This document shows, piece by piece, positions 36,906 to 45,639 of a DNA stretch of 64,000 nt. The notes under the pieces were generated by a model. That model saw nothing but the letters and a program-made list of their open reading frames with translations. It had not been told where the DNA came from and ran no database searches. The position numbers and the translations under genes are program-made. Source of the stretch: an uncultured Candidatus Saccharibacteria bacterium (GTDB lineage: Bacteria; Patescibacteriota; Saccharimonadia; Saccharimonadales; JAGQNJ01); NCBI GenBank assembly GCA_964584895.1, contig CAZPAW010000001.1:270183-334182 (forward strand), given 5' to 3'. Position 1 is the first letter of the stretch; each line of letters begins with the position of its first letter.

Positions 36906-37937
36906 ATGTTACCTTCAGAATTATTTATACAACAAACAACTTATGTAATTGGCTTATCGCTGTTCTCTTTTTTTGTTGCAGTCGTTCTGACGCCATTCTA
37001 TTCGCATTTCGCTTATAAGCATAAGTGGTGGAAGCGTTCTAGAACTCATTCTGTGACCGGAGAAGAATTAAAAATAATAAAAAAACTAGACATCAAACGC
37101 CAGGTACCTATGATGGCTGGTTTGGTGTTCGTGTTAGCGATATCAATAACCACACTGGCTTTTAATCTTGATCGTGGGCAAACTTGGCTACCGTTAGCGG
37201 CGTTAGTTGGCGGAGGGTTGGTTGGATTGATTGATGATGCAATAAATTTAAGAGGTAGTGGTGGAAATGTGGCTGGCCTAAGACCGATAGTTAAATTTAC
37301 CTTAATAACTGCAGTGGCTGTAGTGGCAGCCTTGTTTTTCTACTATAAGCTTGGATACGACACGGTACATATTCCGTTCTCCGGTGATTTCTTTGTTGGC
37401 TGGTTATTGATTCCATTGTTTGTTCTTGTGGTTGTCAGCACTGGTAATGCAGTCAACATTACAGATGGTATGGATGGTTTGGCTGGTGGCGTATTGATTA
37501 GCTCCTATGGTGCATTTGGAATTATCGCGGCTCTACAAGGTCTATTTGGAATAGCGGGCTTTTGTTTTACGGTAATCGGAGCATTGTTGTCTTATCTGTG
37601 GTTCAATATACCACCTGCTCGGTTTTTTATGGGGGATGTTGGTTCTTTTGCTTTAGGTACTTCTTTAGGTGTAATTGCTATGCTAACTGACGCACTATTT
37701 CTGCTACCGATTATTGCATTAATATTTGTAGCAGAAGCTGGTTCGGTTGTATTGCAAACGTTTTCAAAAAAGTTATTCAAACGGAAAATCTTTATTGCCT
37801 CTCCGATTCATCATCATTTCGAAGCTTTAGGTTGGCCAAAGACAAAAGTTACCATGAGGTTTTGGGTGATTGCGCAGGTATGCGCAGCTTTAGGAATTGC
37901 CTTGGCTCTAACTGGTGGATTTATTTATCTGAATTAG
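36906..37937 (+). CDS. mraY: Phospho-N-acetylmuramoyl-pentapeptide transferase MraY
   Basis: Polytopic membrane protein with NAVNITDGMDGLA, MGDVGS and PIHHHFE motifs. Confidence 0.9.
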   Translation: MLPSELFIQQTTYVIGLSLFSFFVAVVLTPFYSHFAYKHKWWKRSRTHSVTGEELKIIKKLDIKRQVPMMAGLVFVLAISITTLAFNLDRGQTWLPLAALVGGGLVGLIDDAINLRGSGGNVAGLRPIVKFTLITAVAVVAALFFYYKLGYDTVHIPFSGDFFVGWLLIPLFVLVVVSTGNAVNITDGMDGLAGGVLISSYGAFGIIAALQGLFGIAGFCFTVIGALLSYLWFNIPPARFFMGDVGSFALGTSLGVIAMLTDALFLLPIIALIFVAEAGSVVLQTFSKKLFKRKIFIASPIHHHFEALGWPKTKVTMRFWVIAQVCAALGIALALTGGFIYLN

Positions 37938-38043
37938 GATTACTCTGAAAATTATTAGTTTATGCTGTAGTACAATATAGCTATGATTTGATACTTCACG
38001 AGTACTTAGAAATATTTCTGTTGATGTAAACAAAGGAAAACTT

Positions 38044-39321
38044 ATGATAGACGATGAAGTAAAAAAACTAATACAAAAAGAAGAAAAAAGACAGCGCGAG
38101 GGCCTAGAGCTCATTCCGTCAGAAAACTATGTTAGCCGTCCTGTTTTGGATGCAATGGGCAGCGTCTTTAACAATAAATACTCTGAAGGTTATCCTGGAA
38201 AGCGATACTATGGCGGGCAAGAAAATACTGACAAGGTTGAGCAATTAGCAATTGATCGGGCTAAAAAAATGTTCGGGGCAGATCATGCTAATGTGCAGCC
38301 GCATGCTGGTGCTCCAGCAAATGTGGCTGTTTATTTTGCATGGCTAGAACCAGGCGATACAGTGCTCGGAATGGACTTGAGTCACGGCGGGCACTTAACC
38401 CACGGACACCCGGTTACTACTATGGCTCAACTTTACAATTTCGTTCGATACAAAATGAAAAACGTCGAAACAGGTGAAATTGATTATAACGAAATGTTAG
38501 CAGTTGCTAAAAAACATAAACCTAAAATTATTCTTGCAGGATTCTCTGCTTACCCAAGAGAGCTTGATTATGCGAAATTTAAGTCAATAGCAGATGAAGT
38601 TGGCGCAGTATTGATGGCCGATGTGGCTCACATTGCCGGGTTGATTGTTGGCGGTGTTTTAAAAAACCCCTTTGACTTTGGTTTTCATATCGTGACCTCT
38701 ACAACACATAAATCATTACGTGGCCCTAGAGGGGGCATGATTTTATCAAAGGGAAAAGTTAGCAACCCGCTTAAAAAACCAGAAAAAATAGTCGATAATA
38801 TACCTACTATAATCGACCGAGAAGTTTTTCCTGGATTTCAAGGCGGACCAATTATGAATATGATAGCCGCAAAGGCTGTGGCTTTTGGTGAAGCGTTACA
38901 ACCTGAATTTAAAATATACTCCGAGCAAGTCGTAAAAAATGCCAAACGTCTAGCTGACGAAATGATGAAACGTGGATTTAAATTAATTACCAATGGTACG
39001 GATAATCATCTAATATTGTCTGACATCAATACATCCTTTGGAGTTGATGGCGCAGTAGCGGAACATGTTTTAGATGAGATTGGCTTGACGGCAAACAAGA
39101 ATGCTATCGCTGACGATCCTTTGCCTCCATTTCGACCTAGCGGATTGCGGTTAGGTACGCCAGCAATTACTACGCGCGGAATGAAAGAAGATGATATGGA
39201 ACTTGTGGCTGAGTGGATGCTTAAAGCAATAAATCGTCGTAATGACAAAAAAGCCCTCAATAAATTACATAGCGAAGTAATTGAATTTTCTAAAAAATTT
39301 CCACTACCAAGCGATAACTAG
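38044..39321 (+). CDS. glyA: Serine hydroxymethyltransferase
   Basis: LELIPSENY, GYPGKRYYGG and TSTTHKSLRGPRGG (PLP lysine). Confidence 0.95.
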   Translation: MIDDEVKKLIQKEEKRQREGLELIPSENYVSRPVLDAMGSVFNNKYSEGYPGKRYYGGQENTDKVEQLAIDRAKKMFGADHANVQPHAGAPANVAVYFAWLEPGDTVLGMDLSHGGHLTHGHPVTTMAQLYNFVRYKMKNVETGEIDYNEMLAVAKKHKPKIILAGFSAYPRELDYAKFKSIADEVGAVLMADVAHIAGLIVGGVLKNPFDFGFHIVTSTTHKSLRGPRGGMILSKGKVSNPLKKPEKIVDNIPTIIDREVFPGFQGGPIMNMIAAKAVAFGEALQPEFKIYSEQVVKNAKRLADEMMKRGFKLITNGTDNHLILSDINTSFGVDGAVAEHVLDEIGLTANKNAIADDPLPPFRPSGLRLGTPAITTRGMKEDDMELVAEWMLKAINRRNDKKALNKLHSEVIEFSKKFPLPSDN

Positions 39322-40343
39322 ATAAGTTCGGGTTCTTGTTCTAGGGTGATTCCGTATTTTTGCTCGACGGCATCAACTATTTTATTCTTAAAATTTATAA
39401 CGTCATTAGTGCTATGAGCATTTTCATTGATTATTACGAGGGCTTGCTTTGACCATGTTGCCATTCCAGTATCGTGATCGTGAAAATCTTTGTAACCAGC
39501 TTTTTCTATTAGCCAGCCTGCCGAAAGTTTTACCTTGTTGTCGTCTATTGGCCACGAAACCATATCAGGAAATTTAGATTTTAGTGCCTCGAATTTTGGG
39601 TTGTCTATGATTGGGTTCGCAAAAAATGATCCGTTATTGGCAACAATATCAGGATCAGGAAGTTTTTTTGATCGTATTGCTATTACACCACGACGGATAT
39701 TCTCGGGGGTATATTCAGTTATTTTATTTTCGTCAAGATAACTTTGTAGCGATGCGTAGAATGGTGGCGTTGCGTACTTTTTACTAAGTTTTAGAGTGAT
39801 TGCAGAAATTATGAATCTTCCTTTATCGGATGTTTTAAACCGACTGGTTCTGTAGCCAAATTTGCACTCTGACTTAGGTATATCGACAAAGCCCTTTTTT
39901 TGTATATCATAGGCTCGAATCGATACAAGTGTATCGGCAATCTCCTTGCCGTAAGCCCCAACATTCTGGACAGGTGTCGCCCCTACTCGTCCAGGAATCC
40001 ATGACAGTTGTTCAATCCCGCTAAGTTTATTTTCAACGCTCCACTGGACCATCTCGTCCCAATCTTCTCCGCTAGCAAGCTTCACGATGACATCGTCATT
40101 ATCTACGGAGGCTATTTCATGACCCATGATTCTATTGAGTATCACTAGTCCGTCAAAGCCTTGATCTCGCCAAATAATGTTACTGCCGCCGCCAATTGCA
40201 ATAATATTTTGTTTGTTCCTTGTTGCCCATTCAATTAGTTCGACAAGTTCGGTCTCGGAGTTGGCTTCATCAAAATATTTGGCATTACCGCCAACACGCA
40301 TAGTTGAATAATCTTTGAGTGATACATTTTCTTTTGGGCGCAT
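39318..40343 (-). CDS. murB: UDP-N-acetylenolpyruvoylglucosamine reductase MurB
   Basis: FAD-binding GGGSN motif, C-terminal SAGWLIE and FANP patterns. 4-nt 3'-end overlap with glyA. Confidence 0.85.
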   Translation of the reverse strand: MRPKENVSLKDYSTMRVGGNAKYFDEANSETELVELIEWATRNKQNIIAIGGGSNIIWRDQGFDGLVILNRIMGHEIASVDNDDVIVKLASGEDWDEMVQWSVENKLSGIEQLSWIPGRVGATPVQNVGAYGKEIADTLVSIRAYDIQKKGFVDIPKSECKFGYRTSRFKTSDKGRFIISAITLKLSKKYATPPFYASLQSYLDENKITEYTPENIRRGVIAIRSKKLPDPDIVANNGSFFANPIIDNPKFEALKSKFPDMVSWPIDDNKVKLSAGWLIEKAGYKDFHDHDTGMATWSKQALVIINENAHSTNDVINFKNKIVDAVEQKYGITLEQEPELI

Positions 40344-40393
40344 ACAACTATTATACTTGTTTTTGTCTCAACTATTTTTTAAAATAATAACAG

Positions 40394-40921
40394 ATGAGAG
40401 GCAATAAATTTCCTTATAAGAATTTTGGACAACAATTAAAGCAACTTCGAGAGCGTCAACATGAGAGTATAGCGGAAGTTTCTGGTGCCGTAGAGATTGA
40501 CGAAAAAACACTACAGAGTATTGAGCGTGGCGAGAAATTACCGAGCGAAGATATACTAATGCTACTCGTAAGTCATCTGGGAGTCGACGATAGAGAAGCA
40601 AAAAAATTGTTTGAGATGGCAGAGGTTGGTCGTCAAAGCTCTGAATCGTTTAATCTTGACGAGCAATTTATAAAACAAATGTTGATGATTATTCCTGTTG
40701 ATAACCGTATTCTCTATAGCGATGGAACCAAGATTAATGTTAACAAAAATGGGGTTGTGATTAATTTTCAGCAATCAGGCGATAAGCAAACTTTCCCGAT
40801 TGCACGCATTGGAATGAGTAAAGAACATGCTCGGAGATTTGCCAAAGTCCTAACGGAGACGATTGATAAATCCGAAATGCCACCAAAGCCAAAATTGCTA
40901 TCTGCTCCAAAAAACAAATAA
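40394..40921 (+). CDS. XRE-family HTH protein with unknown C-terminal domain
   Basis: FGQQLKQLRERQHESIAEVSGAVEIDEKTLQSIERGEKLPS is an HTH_3 pattern. Confidence 0.6.
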   Translation: MRGNKFPYKNFGQQLKQLRERQHESIAEVSGAVEIDEKTLQSIERGEKLPSEDILMLLVSHLGVDDREAKKLFEMAEVGRQSSESFNLDEQFIKQMLMIIPVDNRILYSDGTKINVNKNGVVINFQQSGDKQTFPIARIGMSKEHARRFAKVLTETIDKSEMPPKPKLLSAPKNK

Positions 40922-40973
40922 CCAATCTCTAATCTGTTATAATGTGCTAGTTCATTTATTCGTTAAGTGTTAA

Positions 40974-41023
40974 CTAGTTTTTCAAACCAAGAAGTCGATT
41001 CATTCGAATCTTCTGTTTGAAAA
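40974..41023 (+). repeat. Long imperfect hairpin element, copy A (upstream of tRNA-Arg-UCG)
   Basis: CTAGTTTTTCAAACCAAGAAGTC-GATTC-ATTCGAATCTTCTGTTTGAAAA. The arms are shared with copy B at 45233..45296. Confidence 0.75.
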
Positions 41024-41102
41024 ACAAAAAGGAAGAAGCGACCAGAAGATGGAAGAAAATCAAAACTTTGTTTTTCTAAAAGCTGACCGTCGATTCTGAC
41101 GC

Positions 41103-41179
41103 GCGCCCGTAGCTCAGTGGATTAGAGCGCTTGTCTTCGGAACAAGAGGTCGTAGGTTCGAATCCTACCGGGCGTACCA
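41103..41179 (+). tRNA. tRNA-Arg (UCG)
   Basis: Acceptor GCGCCCG/CGGGCGT, anticodon stem CTTGT/ACAAG, loop CTTCGGA, T arm GTAGG-TTCGAAT-CCTAC, encoded CCA. Confidence 0.9.
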
Positions 41180-41187
41180 TTTAGCTT

Positions 41188-41670
41188 ATGCAGAAATACG
41201 TTTTAGTCCACACCTTACAGCCGATTGCTAATAACACTCAATTCTCGATGTCGGATTGGCCGTTACATGTAACACTTTCACCGCGTTTCGCTGTCGATAT
41301 AAAACAACCGAATCTCGTCACTGACCTGAAAAACTTACTCGCTAAGAAAAAGCCGATTAAGACTATTGTTAAGAAAGATGAAAAATTTGGACAAGATCAT
41401 CATATTCTAGTCTCTCTTTTAGAGCTGACGAGCAAACTTTTAGAGCTTCATAATGAAGTGCTAGACTTACTTGAATCATACGGTGCGATATTTGATGAGC
41501 CGAATTTCAGCCGTTCTGGGTATCGACCACACATTACAGTTCAAAAATCTGGCAGGGTAAATAGAGGCGATACAATTATGATTAATAATTTAACGCTTGT
41601 TGATATGTACCCTGAACAAAATATTAAACAACGTAAAATCCTAGAAACCTATTCACTCAAAAATATTTAG
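41188..41670 (+). CDS. 2H phosphoesterase superfamily protein (LigT-like)
   Basis: Two H-x-T/S motifs (PLHVTLSP and RPHITVQK) at the expected spacing. Starts 8 nt after the tRNA CCA. Confidence 0.5.
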   Translation: MQKYVLVHTLQPIANNTQFSMSDWPLHVTLSPRFAVDIKQPNLVTDLKNLLAKKKPIKTIVKKDEKFGQDHHILVSLLELTSKLLELHNEVLDLLESYGAIFDEPNFSRSGYRPHITVQKSGRVNRGDTIMINNLTLVDMYPEQNIKQRKILETYSLKNI

Positions 41671-41718
41671 CATAGTACTTGTTGTGATATAGTTAGAGAA
41701 TTATCAATCAGGAAGCAT

Positions 41719-42495
41719 ATGGCAAAGAAAAAACAAAGTAAAAATAAAGATTATTTAAAACTAGCGTCTATTGTCGTCGCTATTATTACGCTATCTGTAA
41801 CTATTTTTGCGTGGTGGAATCAGTATGATCTACTAAATACTCTTGGTTCTGTGTTTGTTGTTATTGGAGTATCGCTTATTCCGGCATTGTTATTGATGTT
41901 AATTACTTTCTGGATACAAATGCTATTGGACTCCGCTAGACAAAAACGTTGGATATGGTTTGTGGCGATTCTTCTAGGTGATATTTTCTTTGCATACATT
42001 TACTTGCTCTTAAAAAAGCCTCGACTCAATTGGGGGGTATTTAGGGCTGTTACCTGGATTGCACTCGTGTTATTTGTTGTCATGTGGATAGTTCAGTTAT
42101 ATGCAGGGATTTTTAGTCGGATAAATCCAGTAGACTTGAGTAATCTCGAACCAACAGGGCGCCAATATGTGGCAAAAGTTGTGACTAAAGATCTGAAGGG
42201 TTATCAGTATGAAGGTCAAACAGTCTGTAGTGAAATGAAGTCGGATGATAATAAATATTTTTTAGAAGTTAATGGCGGTACAGTGAGTGCTTCTAGCGAA
42301 GAGCAATCAAGGCTGAATTTCAGATTTACGGCGGTAAGCGATATGAATTCGGAGATTTCAGCTGGTTGGCAAAATGTTCAAGAGTCGGAACCAATTAAAA
42401 CTCAATATATTAGCGTGGCAGATTTGGTAGGTGGTCCATCAGAAATTAACGCTGGGCTAACGGGTTGCGAATTAGAGCTCTGGTCAAGCAAATAA
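41719..42495 (+). CDS. Membrane protein (about 5 TM) with C-terminal extracytoplasmic domain
   Basis: Hydrophobic N-terminal half followed by a ~120-aa soluble tail. SD AGGAAG upstream. Confidence 0.45.
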   Translation: MAKKKQSKNKDYLKLASIVVAIITLSVTIFAWWNQYDLLNTLGSVFVVIGVSLIPALLLMLITFWIQMLLDSARQKRWIWFVAILLGDIFFAYIYLLLKKPRLNWGVFRAVTWIALVLFVVMWIVQLYAGIFSRINPVDLSNLEPTGRQYVAKVVTKDLKGYQYEGQTVCSEMKSDDNKYFLEVNGGTVSASSEEQSRLNFRFTAVSDMNSEISAGWQNVQESEPIKTQYISVADLVGGPSEINAGLTGCELELWSSK

Positions 42496-42570
42496 TACAA
42501 AAACTGTAGGTTAATAGCAGTCAATTATTTTTTACGTAATTATTTATTCTAATTGTGAGTTTTCTATTTT

Positions 42571-43170
42571 TTATCGTTTTTTTGGGAATACTTTACTCGG
42601 GTCATAGATTCTCCTTGCTAGTCGCATTAAAAAGCCGCCCCTTCGCTTGCTTGTACCCGCAGATTGTGCGGCTATTTTGTCTAGTTTTTCTTGACTCGTT
42701 ACTTTTTCTGGATGAAGGGCGCCTTCGATAACGTTTCCATACTCATCCAATACTTCTTTTGTCGTTATTGGATTGCATTCGCTAAGTCGATCTTTCTCCA
42801 AAATCGATTGTGTCGTTCCAGTAATTTGAAACAATGCTCCTCCTCTAGGGTCTATCCAGTATTCTGTAGTTCTTTTTTTGTCTCCCGCACCAATGGTATG
42901 AGTAAAAAAAGCACCAATAGCGTCTGGTTTGCCAGATAAACCTCTATAAGTGACTTCAAGCTCGCCTACTGTCCCTCCACTAACTTCGTGGTTGATTGGG
43001 GTTTTCCAACTCGGGTGGCCAAATTTGCCGTAAGCATCCATAGTAGTGCTATTTGGTTTACTCAGTGCATCACGGGCTAGTGTTTCAACGCGCGTAACTG
43101 CGAGTTTTGCTAGATCTTCATGTGTTGGTTGTTGCTCTTGTGTAGGTAATGATTCTTCTGTTTCGTTCAT
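42571..43170 (-). CDS. Hypothetical protein
   Basis: 199-aa ORF with normal composition and a basic C-terminus. No motif recognised. Confidence 0.4.
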   Translation of the reverse strand: MNETEESLPTQEQQPTHEDLAKLAVTRVETLARDALSKPNSTTMDAYGKFGHPSWKTPINHEVSGGTVGELEVTYRGLSGKPDAIGAFFTHTIGAGDKKRTTEYWIDPRGGALFQITGTTQSILEKDRLSECNPITTKEVLDEYGNVIEGALHPEKVTSQEKLDKIAAQSAGTSKRRGGFLMRLARRIYDPSKVFPKKR

Positions 43171-43298
43171 TTTTTTTACGGCTTTCCTTATTTGTTTAAT
43201 TTATTAAATATGTAACTAATCTATACCATGCTTATGCTAAGTCTGTCAATCAACTGTGCGATATTAATCTATTTTTAATAATGATATATTATCGGTGT

Positions 43299-43754
43299 AT
43301 GAAAGTTGAAAGCTTGATTAGAAAATATTTATCACAGTGTCATATGATGAGTCTTGCGACCGTTGATGGTAGCAAACCTTGGGTTGCGACAGTCTATTAT
43401 GCGGTTGACGACGATTTGAATTTGTACTGGGCTAGTCCAGAAGACACTAATCATAGCCAGCACATCAGAAACAATCAAAAAGTTGCGGTCGCTATACCAG
43501 TTGTGCACAAAAAGTCAGAACCAGTCGTTGGTATTCAGATTGAGGGAATTGCAAATCAGGTGAAGGGAAGTGCGAATATTAGACCTATCGCTGATCAGTA
43601 TGCGGTTGAATATGGTTTTAATAAAAAATGGGTAGAAAAATTCTCTAATGATCAGACAAAACACAAACTATACAAATTTTCGCCGAAAAAGTTTGTTCTG
43701 TTTGACGATATTAATTTTCCAAATACCCCACGCCAAGAGTGGATTTTGTCTTAA
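43299..43754 (+). CDS. Pyridoxamine 5'-phosphate oxidase-like FMN-binding split-barrel protein
   Basis: MSLATVDGSKPWVATVYYAVDDDLNLYWAS is typical of the PNPOx-like family. TGaTATATT box 8 nt upstream of the ATG. Confidence 0.6.
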   Translation: MKVESLIRKYLSQCHMMSLATVDGSKPWVATVYYAVDDDLNLYWASPEDTNHSQHIRNNQKVAVAIPVVHKKSEPVVGIQIEGIANQVKGSANIRPIADQYAVEYGFNKKWVEKFSNDQTKHKLYKFSPKKFVLFDDINFPNTPRQEWILS

Positions 43755-44161
43755 TGAATTTATTTGTTTATGGTACTTTATCTTTTCCTGAAGTTGTTTT
43801 TGCATTAACTGGTCAAAAATTTGCTAGCAAAAGAGCGGAACTTATAGGATACCGAGTTGCAAAATTAAAAGGTAAAAAATTTCCTGGTCTAATCAAGAAT
43901 GAGGATAGTATTGCAAAGGGTTTATTGTTTATGGATTTGGACGCGGAATCATTTGAAATAATTTCAAAGTGGGAAGATCCAAAATTCAGCTTAATAAATG
44001 TTGATGTTTTATGTAGTGGAGATACTAAAAAAGTGAAAACTTTTATTTGGAAAGGTGATGACGTAGCTCGGGAAGACTGGGATAGGGAAGAATTCAAAAA
44101 GAATTATCTTTCAGAATATGTTAATTATGACATACCCAGCTTTTTACAGACCATTAAGTAA
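43754..44161 (+). CDS. Gamma-glutamylcyclotransferase (AIG2/GGACT-like) family protein
   Basis: N-terminal LFVYGTL motif. TAATG overlap with the upstream gene. Confidence 0.6.
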   Translation: MNLFVYGTLSFPEVVFALTGQKFASKRAELIGYRVAKLKGKKFPGLIKNEDSIAKGLLFMDLDAESFEIISKWEDPKFSLINVDVLCSGDTKKVKTFIWKGDDVAREDWDREEFKKNYLSEYVNYDIPSFLQTIK

Positions 44162-44223
44162 TTAATTTTAGTAATAGCATGAGCAATTTTCTTTTATGAA
44201 TCAATATTAGATAATTAAACATT

Positions 44224-45165
44224 ATGATGCGATATCTAGACCCGGGGCCACAAGCCACTTTAGACAATTATGGCGAAGTATTAGAATTTTGCGGCAGAGA
44301 ACCTAGTCGGATCGTGACAACGCTCGGGCATTTTGTCGTAAGTCAACAATATAAACCGATCGTTACATTTGAGGAAGGTGCTGAAGACCGCATCGGCAAT
44401 TTACTCGCCGAAGGCCAACAAGCTGATATGCTAGCTAATCATGTATATGGTGCAGATGTAAGGCATTTGCCAGCACTTCTTTGGAGGGAGCCTGTATTTA
44501 AACCTATGATTGGCAAAACGTATATTTTTGGTAAATCAGAACTGACACAAGGCGACGAACTGAGCGATAAACTACAAAGATGGATTTATTATCGTCTTGG
44601 CATGATTCCGTTAATTCGAGGCAAGGATGTTAACGAAGTTATATGGTCAGACAGTACAAAAGCAGCATTTGACAGTGCAAAAGAAGCGGCCATAGATCTA
44701 GGAGCAACTAAATTTGATCAGGGTTTTCACGAGACTATTTTTCCGGAGGGCGAAAGGGACGAATCGCTAGATAAAGGACAGCGCAATCCTAATGTTGTCA
44801 GACCTTTTAAACACGGGTTTGCCGAGATGATTCTACGATCACATGACCCAGCGAATATTTTTATAATTACGCCAGGTTTAAGTTATCCAGAGCTGCCACA
44901 TCAAGATCCTGAAACAAAAAAAGAAAAGCGGGCGAATAAAAGTGCAAAACTTCATCCTGATATTTATATACCACATCCTATTGAAGTTGCTGAAGGACAT
45001 ACAGTAGAAGATCTAGTTGAATTAGCACATTGTTCTTTGGAGACTGCAGTTAAGAAAGCACGTCGAGTCCGTGCATTACGTGAATATGCAGAAGGCTGTA
45101 ATGACGGAACGGTACAAAATGAAATCTATGGCGCAATGGACAATGATCCCGATTTTGAAGTATAA
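44224..45165 (+). CDS. Lysophospholipid acyltransferase (PlsC/LPLAT)-like protein
   Basis: HX4D motif NHVYGAD and an FPEGERD block. Confidence 0.55.
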   Translation: MMRYLDPGPQATLDNYGEVLEFCGREPSRIVTTLGHFVVSQQYKPIVTFEEGAEDRIGNLLAEGQQADMLANHVYGADVRHLPALLWREPVFKPMIGKTYIFGKSELTQGDELSDKLQRWIYYRLGMIPLIRGKDVNEVIWSDSTKAAFDSAKEAAIDLGATKFDQGFHETIFPEGERDESLDKGQRNPNVVRPFKHGFAEMILRSHDPANIFIITPGLSYPELPHQDPETKKEKRANKSAKLHPDIYIPHPIEVAEGHTVEDLVELAHCSLETAVKKARRVRALREYAEGCNDGTVQNEIYGAMDNDPDFEV

Positions 45166-45232
45166 GATATTTTACAATTTCATTCACCTCTGTTAAAATT
45201 ACCTTTGTTGCTAAGTATTTTGTTTATATTTT

Positions 45233-45296
45233 CTAGTTTTTCAAACCAAGAAGTCTTCGCTGTCTAGCGAATTATTCGAATCTTCTGTTTTGAAAA
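45233..45296 (+). repeat. Long imperfect hairpin element, copy B (upstream of tRNA-Lys)
   Basis: Same arms as copy A, with an 18-nt insert (TTCGCTGTCTAGCGAATT) that forms its own mini-hairpin at the tip. Confidence 0.75.
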
Positions 45297-45323
45297 CGAT
45301 TTACCTTTACAATACATCTCAAT

Positions 45324-45400
45324 GGGCCAGTAGCTCAGCTGGTTAGAGCACCTGCCTCTTAAGCAGGGTGTCGAGGGTTCAAGTCCCTCCTGGCCCTCCA
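45324..45400 (+). tRNA. tRNA-Lys (CUU)
   Basis: Acceptor GGGCCAG/CTGGCCC, anticodon stem CCTGC/GCAGG, loop CTCTTAA, T arm GAGGG-TTCAAGT-CCCTC, encoded CCA. Confidence 0.9.
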
Positions 45401-45562
45401 ATGAAAAAGTCTCAGACTTTTGGCTGGGGCTTTTTCATTTGTGCCATGACGGTGTTTGAACCCGAGACTGTCGAGGTGAGAATTGCCTGTGGCAATTTGC
45501 AAGGAAATCTTCCGATGAAAACTTGTTTTCAATAGTGAAGTCTCGGGCTCGCCATAGGTGAG

Positions 45563-45586
45563 TCAAGTCCCTCCTGGCCCTCCAAT
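45563..45586 (+). repeat. 24-nt exact duplicate of the tRNA-Lys 3' end
   Basis: TCAAGTCCCTCCTGGCCCTCCAAT is identical to 45379..45402, at an offset of 184 nt. Confidence 0.9.
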
Positions 45587-45624
45587 ACGCTTATGCTTAA
45601 AACAGAGTTAGCGTGCCGATATTT

Positions 45625-45633
45625 TGCTATAAT
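45625..45633 (+). promoter_or_regulatory. Extended -10 box (TGcTATAAT), 6 nt before ATG 45640
   Basis: Consensus TGnTATAAT; the gap to the start codon is 6 nt. Confidence 0.5.
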
Positions 45634-45639
45634 GCTTGC

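Noticed and set aside
40974-41023. Reading the repeated hairpins upstream of tRNA-Arg and tRNA-Lys as rho-independent terminators of the preceding genes
   Set aside because: The T-run lies 5' and the A-run 3' of the stem on both strands, where they simply extend the helix. No U-tract follows the hairpin in either orientation.
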